Origin: Amphiscolops sp. MND2022
Taxonomy: Eukaryota
NCBI GenBank assembly: GCA_964187785.1
Contig: OZ076409.1
Span: forward strand, 18,850,001 to 18,914,000
DNA: 64,000 bases
Direction of reading: 5' to 3'
The notes below the pieces were generated by a model, which saw only the letters and a program-made list of their open reading frames with translations, searched no databases and was not told the origin of the DNA. Position numbers and translations under genes: made by a program. This document shows positions 59,201 to 61,879 of this stretch, piece after piece (position 1 is the first letter of the stretch; every line of letters starts with the position of its first letter).

Positions 59201-61879
59201 CCCGAAACTCAGTGCGAAACAGAAACGACCCATTGCCACCCGCAATAGACCGCTGGATCTACCGCACTTGTTTAATGCTAGTAGACTGGATGTACAGATC
59301 CCAATCTCCACATCAACCACAAGTTCTGCCAATGTTAGCGGCTCAGCCAATGCAGCGCAAGAACATTCGCCAGAAGCATCAACTCCGGTAGCCGCAGAAA
59401 ATGGCCCTGGTGGCTCAAACACGGCTCCTAGGACCCATGAAACTGCCAGCGCAGAAACAAAGCCAGTCCTGCGAGGAGGAAATACGCGAAGAGGATCTCT
59501 GTCTGAACTGCAACCAAAGGCAGACGTTTCCCCCAGAGCGCGTCACTCCTCTGCCACCCAGTAAAACAGAACTAACTTTGTCGTCATTCAATTTCCAACT
59601 TCAATAGTCTTATGCTAGATAAAATTTTGCGGAATCTCATGGTTTCAATCTCTGTTGTTGCTAAGCTTCGATTATGGAAATGCCAATTGGTCATGGGTAA
59701 AAATCTCCGAGTGGAGATGAAGCCCCCGGGCTTCATCTTCCTTGTTATTCCGTTTTGGGACCGGCAACCCAACCATGAAACTGCGTTCTTGCCTTGCCTT
59801 AGTTAGATGCAATATTCAATTTGCAATTTGTGTTTGCAGTTAGTGCTTTTTCATGCTACTTCATGCTACAGGTGGATGCGCTGTGCGCACTCCGTGCTCT
59901 AAATTTTCGGTGCTATTACACCATTTTAGTTGCTAGTTATCGTTTACACTGTTGCCACTGTCGAAAAAGATAAAAAGAAAAGATAAAGGAAAAGGAAACA
60001 AGGAGGGAGAGATGAGAAATGAATAGAATAAAAAGATTGATGAACCTCGACCATTGTTTTTCTTGAGCTGCCTGATAGGATCGAGAGTAAGTCTCGCAAA
60101 AGAAATTTTAAATTGACCGTACTAATTAATTGATTTTATGGCAACTGCTTACCAAAAGAACTTTTATCAAACGCCAAGCAGTGCGAAGCTCCCGAGCTTC
60201 GGAAAATATGTTTCGAACAGTCATGTGATGGTCGTTGACCTTAAAACAAGTTTTAACGCTAACGGCAAATAAAAACTTTTTTTTGAATGGCCGAAAAGAA
60301 ATTTTAACGCCTGAATTGCTCACGACAGGCTACAAAAAGCAATGACTTTGCCGTATAAGATTTGTGTACAAAGTTGTATTGATTTGATCAAAATGCAGCA
60401 ACGCTGGGTCAAAAATACTTCCACGAGGCCAATTTGACGATGTCTCGATGAACCGTCCAGCGCTATTTGATGTGCACTCTACCTCCTCAGTGGGGCACAG
60501 ATGACTCTGGGTACAGACTCAATGACGCCAACCCACACTTGACGGGGACGTCAAGACTAGACCCCGGGGAGTGTATGTAGCGACTACCTATCGAGTGCAC
60601 GATTTCGAAAATTTCGATGAAAATTTCGTTCAAGGGACTATATCTCCTCTACTAAAGAGTCATATTCCGCCAGACGGCAGCGTGTCTTTATTCAAGTACC
60701 TGTCCACGGAATTGAAGAGGATTTGAGCAAGAGACTCGAGAGAGACCCCAACCGAACGAGAAGATTGCAGAAAAACACGGCCACTATCAGAAAAAGACTC
60801 AAATTTCTGCCAAAACGGACTGAACTTTGTTCTAACCAGTGCTTTCTTCAGCGAAGCGTTACAAGACGCTGTGATTACCAAAAATGAGTCAATTAGCTTG
60901 ACCAAGCATCCGTGCTTGTGTCCCCGGCTAATTGCTGCCTCAAAAGTGCTAATTATGTAGTAATTTTCGTATTTTCTTGTTGTAACAGCTCGTGAGCTAC
61001 TCATTTCAATCTCCTGTGTAACTTCGATAAAACTTGATTTTTCCTTTCCACCACTTGCATTTTTTAAAGGCTGTCTAAGTGTTGATTTCGAAGAAAAAGC
61101 GTAATGCGCACTACTGATAGCAATTACAGACTGGATCAGGCCGGCGAGCACTTCACAAGAAGCGGAATCCTCCTCTGACGGGACAGTTTTTACCCGAAAG
61201 AGGCAAAATGAGCTCATGGTCATGGGCGCCTGTCCCGGGCAAATACCCATATCATGTGTTCCTCTAACTCTTATGGTTACGGCGACAATGGTGAGAGCTT
61301 GTCGTTACAGTATCGCGATTAGCTACGTTCACATACCAATAGTGCTTTAAATGCAGAAAACGCCTAAAGCGAAGCGGGGCGACGTGCCACTACTGATCTA
61401 GCGGCTGGTTTCGACGACTGGTTTTTTTAGGAGATTTTAACTTGGGAGATTTTGACATATCCACTTTTGACGGTCCACTTTTCATGCAGCCTATAAAGAT
61501 GAATTTATTGAACAAAAAGGCAGAGAAAGGCTTCAATTTTTTCATGGGCATTTTTTTTTAAAATTCAGAGAAGCAATGTTTCTATTTAACTCCTTTTCTG
61601 AAAGAAATCGAAATCAATCAAAGTCATGAAAAACTTACATGCATTAATGAGCAAAGATGACATTCTTACCAGACGGTCGTCCACACCAGTAGGAGCGTTT
61701 CAAAAAGAAGAGCGGATGTTGGGCTATCCCGAATGTGCCGGGGAACACGTTGTCGAAGTACCAAGTCAGAATTAGGTACACGAAGCCGGAAACAAGTTGA
61801 CCAGTGAAAACCTGAGTCAAGGTCAGACTATCGTCGTAAGCTCTCTCAGTGTTGAAGCTGGAGCCCGAAACGCCGATGC
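2072..61879 (-). CDS. ABCA3: ABCA-subfamily lipid transporter, ABCA3-like (partial, 17 exons in window; orthology not established)
   Basis: Spliced frame is continuous across all exons: Walker [10 protein letters not shown]-loop CPQHDVLFD, signature LSGGMKRK, Walker [13 protein letters not shown]-loop [16 protein letters not shown], and TMD2 motifs [12 protein letters not shown] and KAKHIQ-MVSGV. The gene extends beyond both window ends. Confidence 0.92.
3046..3530 (+). repeat. Truncated 5' LTR (lacks the last ~300 bp and the PBS)
   Basis: Identity with the 3' LTR stops at TCTTCTTCAC and the sequence jumps into leader. Confidence 0.85.
3640..6100 (+). repeat. Degenerate ~180-bp monomer array in three ~720-bp higher-order repeats
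   Basis: Anchor motifs at 4007, 4189, 4366, 4540, 4726, 4909, 5088, 5261, 5446, 5633, 5812, 5988; every fourth monomer is most similar. Confidence 0.75.
6358..7236 (+). CDS. Putative AT-hook protein (three RRGRPP motifs) inside the non-autonomous element
   Basis: 292-codon ORF (first ATG about 6385); [16 protein letters not shown] and HRRGRPPN are in one frame; AATAAA at ~7472. Confidence 0.45.
   Translation: MQGETLLAQMQINISDAVESEPLTPPTKDMGVDPTSLDTTTICIALCIAETLAEDHADDNGLRERNHHSSDTKNERISISPSTSLSQDSVSNSHFPGTKSLISTTKLLPSLLKDSFEPHSAERGLQDFIQVDPPVFINWLPGGSAKTRPTGHRRGRPPRTDCEHSWKKILLSLYDGRRRGRPPRQVLPWSLRPKGHRRGRPPNNYSSLETDPVSKIFFIEFPDASCLLHVLLLLDGDVYPVRTTLHFFSRGRRCRQRLMFTAAFLCQAFNFVHSSLSLCERGCSTTKARGVN
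8326..9113 (+). repeat. Complete 3' LTR (788 bp)
   Basis: TG...CA ends with a perfect 14-bp terminal inverted repeat TGTAACGGCAAGCT / AGCTTGCCGTTACA. Confidence 0.85.
9800..9917 (-). CDS. ABCA exon ([15 protein letters not shown]...[11 protein letters not shown]), GC donor
   Basis: Acceptor tgttttag; donor CAG/GCAAGT; phase 2 to 0, joining MVSGV. Confidence 0.88.
10012..10023 (-). CDS. Putative 12-nt ABCA microexon (AGAAATCGAAAG)
   Basis: Acceptor ttttttttttcag and donor AAG/GTAATT; phase 2-2, frame preserving. Confidence 0.6.
10448..10652 (-). CDS. ABCA exon (GASFTQEDG...[12 protein letters not shown]...NHPL...DQG)
   Basis: Acceptor ttccacag, donor gtatgt; phase 1 to 2. Confidence 0.9.
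10675..10904 (+). mobile_element. Short Helentron/DINE-like non-autonomous repeat with an internal tRNA-derived segment
   Basis: Starts AACAAGACGCCCG and ends hairpin + GGGCGGAAAATAATAA, the same termini as 12284-13242. Confidence 0.55.
10723..10795 (-). pseudogene. tRNA-derived (SINE-head-like) sequence
   Basis: Minus strand has A box TGGTGCAGTTGG and B box GGTTCGAACCC; acceptor and anticodon arms are imperfect. Confidence 0.6.
11471..11575 (-). CDS. ABCA exon (QHTYPDTS...EYVAHWIIG)
   Basis: Acceptor tttttttcag, donor gtgagt; phase 1 to 1. Confidence 0.82.
12284..13242 (+). mobile_element. Helentron/DINE-like non-autonomous repeat with four ~180-bp internal subunits
   Basis: Subterminal inverted repeat ATTTTCCGCCC / GGGCGGAAAAT, 3' hairpin CCCATATGAAATATGGG; near-identical inverted copy at 34128-34909. 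Superfamily is inferred from structure only. Confidence 0.7.
13737..14245. mobile_element. Mutator/Foldback-like MITE with repetitive TIRs (AAAACAACTCGTCG units)
   Basis: 9-bp TSD GTCGTAAAG at 13728-13736 and 14246-14254; long inverted arms. Confidence 0.75.
14251..14791. repeat. Second copy of the 17-bp-unit foldback element, opposite orientation
   Basis: Same units and reverse-complemented core AATTAGCTGATCAATTAAAC; terminal GTCACCCAACC. Confidence 0.8.
14857..14986 (-). CDS. ABCA exon ([19 protein letters not shown]...YKEKTG)
   Basis: Acceptor ttctgtttag, donor CAG/gtactc; phase 0 to 1, bridging the neighbouring exons. Confidence 0.82.
15213..15450. mobile_element. Degenerate MITE (GTCAAAATCTC / GGAGATTTTGAC termini)
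   Basis: Shares GATTAGCTACGTTCACATAC (reverse strand) and termini with the MITE interrupted by the giant LTR element. Confidence 0.6.
16449..17004 (+). mobile_element. Helentron/DINE-like repeat, family 2 (diverged)
   Basis: 5' GGAAC..CCCAAGTCGGC and 3' CTATAGTCGG...AAAAGCGCCGATTAAAA match the units at 19308-21812. Confidence 0.55.
18600..18760 (-). CDS. ABCA exon (start of TMD2: [18 protein letters not shown]...LLALLSA)
   Basis: Acceptor ttttccag, donor gtaagc; phase 1 to 0. Confidence 0.92.
19308..21812 (+). mobile_element. Head-to-tail cluster of Helentron/DINE-like family 2 units
   Basis: Recurrent 5' AACAAGNCGGGAACGTCTAAAGTCGGCGC and 3' CTGTAATAGTCGGGC...AAAAGCGCCGACTAAAA; internal AAGGGGGACCCTTT motifs; duplicated 3' ends. 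Confidence 0.7.
21890..22020 (-). CDS. ABCA exon (inter-half linker, ANSMTIDNG...FSTVK)
   Basis: Acceptor tgtttgcag, donor gtaaga; phase 2 to 1. Confidence 0.8.
23779..23883 (-). CDS. ABCA exon ([10 protein letters not shown]...PAAP)
   Basis: Acceptor tttcccag, donor CAG/gtaatt; phase 2 to 2, continuing EEVFM-RVG. Confidence 0.85.
24510..24716 (-). repeat. 3' LTR of the Mag-like element
   Basis: Direct repeat of 30328-30534; preceded on the minus strand by PPT AAAGGGGGGAA (24717-24727). Confidence 0.95.
25047..30314 (-). CDS. Gag-Pol polyprotein (two zinc knuckles, PR IDSGS, RT WLDD, RNase H, integrase)
   Basis: Open ORF; first ATG after the PBS is at 30314 (MSQKNE); [28 protein letters not shown]...CIPC, LDFIGP/TDKG/VER. 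Confidence 0.93.
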   Translation of the reverse strand: MSQKNETNPIEVSSRNSSSEESGEKKGRSTTHQKITLPIFEKKTIQEAKLWWRRFIQYVKMTQKIDLNRMTTDKEIIEEYREELEIKIKDIFIWALGEEAVTEMTKTVRDNDPNKMNINQLYSLFRLHFIPERNKFHSRADFFGIVREPSETAEDVWTRILQTEKNCEFDNVTPAELIASKFLSIIGRSTGDYELKKKIRKSNMTIETITDLIHEYMYDRLNDSNNSNDGRNVKHVQERPQKRKWSEKSSYERNKKRPEYQKQKYKDNRCGQCGAPNWSRQHVCPARTVECRNCKKKGHYEKMCRLPKRIQYVDKISSSAEEDNWDYNKIQSINNKKKKDFFHATLLVNDVPIKFIIDSGSPVTLIPQKLFKGTSEVTKLNTNYKDVNDNKIEFRGQTLATVKTNNTTLQLPLLITKANITPLMGLDWMNRLGIALNTTTEDVKIHNIKLDETQKKILKLKNEFKDLFYNNTEIKNLSVKINLKADAKIIQQKGRPVPIHLQEQVANEIKRLIKNGYLERATEITEICFVSPAVITVKKDKSIKIALDSRKLNEATIKRKAQMPNMEELISRISRKISEEKEGEIWLTKLDFDYAYGQIKLDDETKNLCIFTITGGEFTGYYRFLKGFYGLADIPTIFQERIDKTLEFKHPAWLDDIIIVTKGTIDKHEAEVKETMENLEKAGYRLHPNKCEFFKQETEWIGHRIDQNGIRPLQDKLEAITKIEIPKNEKELKSFLGAIQYLAKYIENLSAQTDILRKLLKKQNEWNWTQEHTKAFNNLKKLITQLPCLAHYNTDNENILTTDASTKGLGATLWQKQKDGNLKPIGFASRFLSDTEKKYAINELELLAVVWGFEHFRLYIYGKPIELLTDHQALEPLIKRNRSNKTYSARLTRWLDRLAHFDINIKHVAGKHLTLTDYLSRNPVAKPVPIENYDEEYVINCIIPLLEFINTHGSISDEKKATMQTENNTAKQNNNQSQTRSVNKQPLTINQINERKPFQTLQTSEPIDSHHKFDHRSINMDIKTIESIEKDDPSEDTLRLTSRWREITKPGDYRFTQGQWRKYAPPRTLRAELKRIEVDLWQRRNRLIWQKMEKNSKETPEEVARKKEFHRVIEKIRNLPKRDEAGPSSSNTQQQQPQYEEESINVDQRDETETMSSDSDQTIAVPAINFKRYLGATSVRYIQMGTASKVQYEDKWDLEETVRQAEQKFSTDLRTIADETTNDEKLLKTLVCLERRNFEQIPEEYKQYKNNLSTRFGVVFYDDKIVIPKPLRQTVIMLLHKGHPAINKMSHAARPFWWPKLTKDIQTKCNECIPCKMSGKSIKPQLPMTEINYLPPAEKPNQEIQLDFIGPIRFKHRRFYILISIDRYSRWPAACICEAPNSKTAKNFLEQYIVLNGIPQTIRTDKGTAFTGREFRQTCKNLNIKPIYGTPYIHTATGLVERGIKTLKDLMRTNLQDKCNLNEALYQALMVMRMTVHSTTKESPFERHYGRKPRTELTNYLNLPTGNNEYISAQPETLQVYSFNNGKGGYDQLIMKTPRKLKCDVSNNFPYKFLEKRQTKNKFESEYQTKPQTAVAGTKHTITTDTNKVIHRKLASKPLPNSFQNPLSRRGENRRGIDGRFIQMSLPSLETEDTDEEETQSEGEKESTPVAETSTEQMEEEFEFTPPTPIRRGEPQSPGAGNLKLHVENMNEQQLEQALETINENPTTTTIIDNNGNENYIKTEINEITNTSERSSNNNQPIFKNFRRSSEDLQD
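30318..30327 (-). promoter_or_regulatory. Primer binding site, tRNA-Ser-like
   Basis: TGGCGCAGTC immediately after the 5' LTR; complementary to the 3' end GACUGCGCCA of invertebrate tRNA-Ser as I recall it. Confidence 0.7.
30328..30534 (-). repeat. 5' LTR of the Mag-like element
   Basis: Direct repeat of 24510-24716. Confidence 0.95.
30554..30644 (-). CDS. ABCA exon ([29 protein letters not shown])
   Basis: Acceptor catttaag, donor gtaaca; phase 1 to 2. Confidence 0.92.
30804..30962 (-). CDS. ABCA exon (GVGYHM...GAELSFRLP...NFP, regulatory domain 1)
   Basis: Acceptor ctctgtag, donor gtaagt; phase 1 to 1. Confidence 0.92.
31654..31864 (-). CDS. ABCA exon (Walker B, D-loop, H-loop of NBD1)
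   Basis: [13 protein letters not shown]...[18 protein letters not shown]; acceptor gttaaag, donor gttaga; phase 0 to 1. Confidence 0.95.
33530..33689 (-). CDS. ABCA exon (signature [12 protein letters not shown])
   Basis: Acceptor gcgtacag, donor gtagtt; phase 2 to 0. Confidence 0.95.
34128..34909 (-). mobile_element. Inverted copy of the 12284-13242 repeat with three internal subunits
   Basis: Reverse complement nearly identical to 12284-13242 but about 178 bp shorter. Confidence 0.75.
35837..36135. repeat. Spacer-less ~299-bp near-perfect palindrome
   Basis: Arms of 150 and 149 bp centred on AGAGCTG|CAGCTCT (35986/35987); about 4 mismatches and 1 indel seen. Confidence 0.92.
36168..36321 (-). 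CDS. ABCA exon (GLYEPTSG...[18 protein letters not shown])
   Basis: Acceptor tcttcag, donor CAG/gtccga; phase 1 to 2. Confidence 0.93.
38042..38327 (+). repeat. 29-bp minisatellite, ~10 copies (CCGTGTATTATCAGCCCACTTAGGCTCAA)
   Basis: Direct tandem units without spacers. Confidence 0.92.
38776..40760. mobile_element. Possible Kolobok-like non-autonomous DNA transposon
   Basis: TTAA on both sides (38772-38775, 40761-40764); imperfect purine-starting TIRs GGGGAGGTGTTG / AGGGGAGTGTGG; no ORF. Confidence 0.4.
40821..40941 (-). CDS. ABCA exon (Walker [13 protein letters not shown])
   Basis: Acceptor gattgtag, donor gtaaca; phase 0 to 1. Confidence 0.95.
41413..41537 (-). CDS. ABCA exon (GGNNKEG...[19 protein letters not shown])
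   Basis: Acceptor tgttcag, donor gtcagc; phase 1 to 0. Confidence 0.9.
41631..42009. mobile_element. hAT-type MITE (379 bp)
   Basis: 8-bp TSD GTATCAGG (41623-41630, 42010-42017); TIRs TAGAGGTTTATCGGACA / TAGAGGTGCACCGGACA; internal TCCGG repeats. Confidence 0.85.
42076..42809 (+). repeat. 5' LTR of the giant element
   Basis: TGTAGCGAC...GTCGTTACA; direct repeat of 60576-61309. Confidence 0.95.
42826..42843 (+). promoter_or_regulatory. Primer binding site, tRNA-Arg-like
   Basis: TGGCGACCACAGAGGGAT resembles the complement of the tRNA-Arg(TCG) 3' end (TGGCGACCACGAAGGGA, from memory); 16 nt downstream of the LTR end. Confidence 0.7.
45199..54966 (+). CDS. Gag-Pol polyprotein with a long C-terminal extension (AT-hooks, Cys cluster, two macrodomain-like units)
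   Basis: CCHC knuckles at 47689 and 47836; PR LIDTGSG at 48481; RT YIDD at 49978; RNase H DTDAS...ADGLS at 50419-50775; IN HHCC and D,D,E at 51588-52083; GPY/F-like WRGPHKV at 52498; no stops. The true start codon is uncertain. Confidence 0.95.
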   Translation: MKPNSLRNLWISITRTLGRANTQRRSNHSRGGRKDISRCTETSKTPDPTGCETNLSAISDLTSDPKEEDWPTDDSFIMEPDFSDPMSDDASEEYQAKPVAKTTDDIGGSADETGSQAHTSKWLQELTKVAVTPFGTDEAGTWPNSNRTNAEEETEMSCLNATGQLKAPSVASESTANTAEILQQMSYVGGMNYAKTRLQEATAPRASGKGKQVRPPALLAQTGTTGPHGDSRSSSPSSKAASARSSAYRAVHEAAKARKALLDAQIGVKQAASQLSERKARCDREHQSIMEEIEAVQTELRTSTERQAQGHEIQAARMDAMGYRMAEIKDMVTEREVRMEAQLQEVCSQIQAMGTMLKNIQPQPAPVSNTIKELLQDTNISLPKPMKSVSLKPKESVTISTIPSGSKQHLARYAPLPQTLVSNGEAASTSTKFIPSAVSTKNIPPTTKTHKKEPTCEVITIDTSSMGISDLREPTRANVLTEVTSTFQTANATLGESAAEFQTANDELPSGNPCASSTRRREVTLPENTDDSVNSTRGSSIPPPAISEETPISPEQLRFTEAISKAMSKELAPLIANRDKTRVRPTVYKGTKDGSVDGWLPVMKRFLERVHAKSPKIDRAWAIIDHLEGEARNYIINKSEPERDEPDKVFSLLASRFGTGGNRMHVRQTFMSRVQQEKEDWMQFLDALEGLRTQGFPDEPITTRRYEILQRFIDGVNDPTLRQELAVVYAAEAYLTEPPTVESLRFTTRQLQRHRPNTSKPYDPRYAMRSRPHPFVPGKLIHPAPGLPQNVLPPNQGQREAKPQMAPPAPASVKQAPAQQQPARVVPQGACFNCGLPGHFARECPSRDLARKPAARAAPEERVNLCENNVASACSGPVFCVNCGMTEHSASQCQNVPVHEDLAYSLWAEQPPASQTMSDSEMVLMLRPAETAHVATPLTVTCGKIQIQTNPEPTTFDPSGRTIMSVRLLLAIERETRPELTIDALIDEITANENCRQLTLPQPEEWQVKGVTSTYHAYSPIPVKVCIDGVDMRFGATIITDAFPPGICLGPQELRCYNIDAQEPTGEARIDERASLVVSFVVPDAAPVPLRGLIDTGSGVSILTFSAYNRVAVRTGTLLRPYGIDLYAANGKTIKTFGLAEKVKFQLGGYELETNFVVVDDAMGVEDFLLGRNFLRAYQVLVDLTAMKVIVRAPSEPVWYHAHTQVSNESLNSSVAIAQDVVLQPFERAILRAKLLVDNLEPFIFRTVLINFQTPNRMLKNAIFLEDTVATVGETGFLYVSLGNFTSNVQRIKKGTLLGTAVPVTMVHKAIPQIVPGQSSETQQSNANYVCKVYEQMNLDSSSEYSSSSEFEFLSSTEPSELGLSEREVKKRTDPALMAPIPGPEAQLDEVRGLWGSTASDTLSKLLNEFDDLFMKFKADIGKCKIAKHPVEVEPGAVPHREGARRMSPDKAERANQEVRDLLALGMIQPSLSPWASGIVMVKKKSGELRFCCDFRPLNEVTIKDAYPLPRIDESLSRLGKAKIYTSIDLAWAFWQIPVRKADRQKTAFACELGLFEWRRMPFGMCNVSATFQRAIARALQRIVNREGSMVMAYIDDIVIATETIEDHMDRLREVFQCLHEAGFKMRVSKCDFMKSEIKYLGRVVSADGIKPDPKAVTKLKEWDIPRTKTELQSFLGFANYYRDFIPWHAKLVAPLHAITGGASSFLWGEEQQRAFNSIKVALMEATALAQPDTEGEFVLDTDASGVAISGILHQWQGPPESRKLRPIVFGSKKLTATQAKYGAPKLEMYAAYYFILKNHSYLCPRKFTLRVDNQALSWLKTYSMDQAIIGRWIMALEKYHFSIEHRPRTQHRNADGLSKRTNDYKKHEKQLKGLPAIADKWDFLSQEEYNKLPLAPWFDVHGRVIPNHPELPAHLQRLGSQSSPETTVAAPSRKSGGSKRNATIREEAMRAPLPTLPKPELTLPAELYPEYPEDWLELTEEYQRDYLLPTHAANVPSRTTYPLMEKQATSTAPEHVKQAAFVVNSISMELHEHANTVHGLKDLLLAQNRDVHILAIKKLVMQESIDNDVFPENVRTFAKNYHKQKKNLLLINANGILCVKYSKTQRALHERPCMIVMPQLYQHEILFKAHDAMGHQGIAKVLARIQERHTWPGIRRTIGQYVSQCITCQQVRDKPGDVRFHLKNIQSGYFNELVQYDHMKICPSDDGNTGILVIIDHFSKLAEAVPCNHDEYDAATTSKLLLQKWFARHGTPTRMQSDNAPNFTAAVSAEFMKAAQVTKVTSTAGHPRTQGLVERQNRTLLTLLRVFCSRRMRDWDQYLDEVMGAYNSTRHATTGFSPYMLTRGMEKAIPLTFLYPEFATQSFESHEAYVEHVLARQQEIHDLVRRNTHQAQQRQKLKYDRAIRAKAYEVGEPVWVFCRYIPQKGSPKLMRAWRGPHKVARVLQEGRVYILDTGQKVHFERLKPHHGGPTEWAAVPAHNGEVAIIMDPDPEQSHEEVRDDASQPSYRAEEPISEASDASLPSRQRHWMDTRLRTHMRAGGSRLHYQQFGYSSTESDDERSDVLLSSAQTNPDESVILPSQVDEPAPIPEMPISPLPAMEALFSENEAVPDALDVAPNPNIHVPTESAATSLTGTSAPLLTNPSLTNMLSNFPIWPLIDDNDLNPTLDNDGADTPTTNNEKGSIPPATNPINNDAATTTKLPNAPRGRGPRGRPPGRARPRASLPRGHQRRGAIRGTRKRGRPRGRPPRTTHARPNTPTHIRNTPSMDTDSSAPSAAVTSDQAAPPESTNAHYGLRRNRIPRYRCGTCGLRNCECNYMVHAGFPIESQGVLLAREQEKPLPSGMVDRLVIRAEKTYTGLQRSDTPYPVDYILSKMKDSTIARAPCPRFKEWTYDLVGLEFTLPITVPPLPTNIAFGPFNYEREPIQMIRCIPADLLYDKYNVTAKPGDVYQPTSNWWLLVTAKQASDLVHPTNLNTCLESLRTMASPDKITCFHTIDLYRGKIKFEWWLELIIAVLSNFSRIRFLDEWTHSFPSPVSLQSALHALDTWSRANIDNQSLPRSVWQDLGAIKGLLPNACDDALSKDPGRELVYHGAARPQLVDYVQYANTDFLQTPHHIVLCCPANLETSSAALRYVIREHGADAIFQLRPEVGNIVTLPTSLIDGHPQTIHLLITRATPRCPMLADILFGCLDHLKTLLERLEAIEVHFAIVDPERPIRNLFDFYACLMDVFADTPLTVVLHDRVYVSIASVASFP
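55197..59564 (+). CDS. ORF2 of the giant element: unknown protein with an SGNH/GDSL-like domain
   Basis: Uninterrupted ORF (open from 55083; ATG at 55197 follows the acceptor-like CTCTTTCAG at 55186); Pro/Ser-rich disordered N-terminal part; SGNH-like block pattern at 56865-57425. Confidence 0.85.
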   Translation: MNQDNDRSNNVPPRSTDNSPALGQRVYDTARVQRTPQIAFIRDRLDQGLSPAAVAGVAAIIAQMESQLQAPMLTISITSGFPGFQRSMTYQDGVWHGHDLTHHFTDDRAAISYSLANGGVHQTRPLQIPSCPPPPPPPPPVPTPQAVVRARTPAPMVPSLPNQSMAEQAVISALQAVAANPNYDDFMRSMEQCWPELRRIALPTVTIRNDNATSTETRQGVITIPHINPQSEQPGHSRTVTVERSRSPSRSSQKGGGESRPASRKRNDPSPTKKTQQPLTARDSPSSKPPPDKKISNEKATTSKAPDQTKSKVSEACVLPSPQSQPDVTGEQQGLPQPPSTQSTTRESLAQRATPKPSTSGQPQSEQTVGYQGTPVSQRTVKDIMGDYPGLKVTNSGPTGTPLRKQAIQHPTKRTFTKQPTYLSPMQNTKGTLVTKDSRRIWESAVIVSPEWLFEKNMCPPNDEEHAKLKKANVPVFMNRPIRPDHTPTNEPPWLGKAMNMLPNVDDNYLDALNVDLRGQFADRYFLNAGETFEINPRYARDLEAQLPMPKERLQRARFALLIDSTFLKNVPIDNVLSDVMVFTLPLSRIPEMAEVLVTMFDPEMTGTFKEPPPRRVIISNVFDHMACEGLMAQIANVEIMNPSPAQRTTVRNAALNMARAMEKAQNILKDKLKVPALFVTPPGFCQWPPALQRFIYMVTEVCKCREIDFAICAPNMRISSNDFRPSWLSYMGYIASVSKVLQSVEKTGNAQLTIDDAIYFDHGTRMGLLVFNKDGERRVPEPSTAECEAIRLNNWIERARSSGGKTCIKTDLAEVTATMSKVPSDREVERAIPRVQFAKDLTIDQLSVGMKYIAAKLTSETQAEIQAFSSTYDAWYQRLQTTTVADIAKELGMSTDQFAICLGLGWSPDVIRVEFDLEESWLIEISEIIGTVQVNELFALMLTFGQKRFVAGPMMILTDLVTECNLEWLFSYLVIARGNISGLTALAKLLQRKDAQDYPAHLERMTTSLYHWMYCSLVFASGLFVGVDKHQPLYDGRQLVTEVAGFLTPNQLADFTLAEVEDLIPVLAPVLTPIFGPTGILRYPTKPLRLASETLTVSILTYLKNVKPHNYQQMLERGLFLLVPRMYTTIKNETQKDENLAGILKARTKKACPLPREYGPVNWYNSPLDHLGIPQRFNWSFAHLRKYVTECVQTMGGHTNQEYNFQMIKLPARYWRGPIGYIRAKPISMVEKGFDEQYAYRDHYKLGVWMSRTLEERQGRLRGLILPPLTMPVWNPEARVTMGSDMPAETCYHVMELLSDPLGPEWEASRQIIEHANRDNWSRACGLWGRPDLRPKLSAKQKRPIATRNRPLDLPHLFNASRLDVQIPISTSTTSSANVSGSANAAQEHSPEASTPVAAENGPGGSNTAPRTHETASAETKPVLRGGNTRRGSLSELQPKADVSPRARHSSATQ
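60541..60575 (+). promoter_or_regulatory. PPT-like region
   Basis: GACGGGGACGTCA...CCCCGGGGAGTGTA directly before the 3' LTR; conserved at 8292-8325. Confidence 0.65.
60576..61309 (+). repeat. 3' LTR of the giant element
   Basis: Direct repeat of 42076-42809 at an 18,500-bp offset. Confidence 0.95.
61670..61879 (-). CDS. ABCA exon (end of TMD1: [28 protein letters not shown])
   Basis: Acceptor gttttcag, donor gtaaga; phase 1 to 1. Confidence 0.93.

Larger units (their letters stand above)
42076..61309 (+). mobile_element. Giant Ty3/Gypsy LTR retrotransposon (19,234 bp), apparently intact
   Basis: 734-bp TG...CA LTRs with no differences seen, tRNA-Arg-like PBS, 2.4-kb leader, 3255-aa Gag-Pol in PR-RT-RH-IN order, 1.45k-aa ORF2, PPT-like GGGGAG. 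Confidence 0.96.

Noticed and set aside
45543..59422. Numerous short antisense and alternate-frame ORFs within the giant element
   Set aside because: Shadow ORFs expected opposite long GC-balanced coding sequence; no motifs.
55083..59564. ORF2 as an envelope glycoprotein
   Set aside because: No C-terminal TM anchor, no evident furin site plus fusion peptide, and long cytosolic-type disordered regions.
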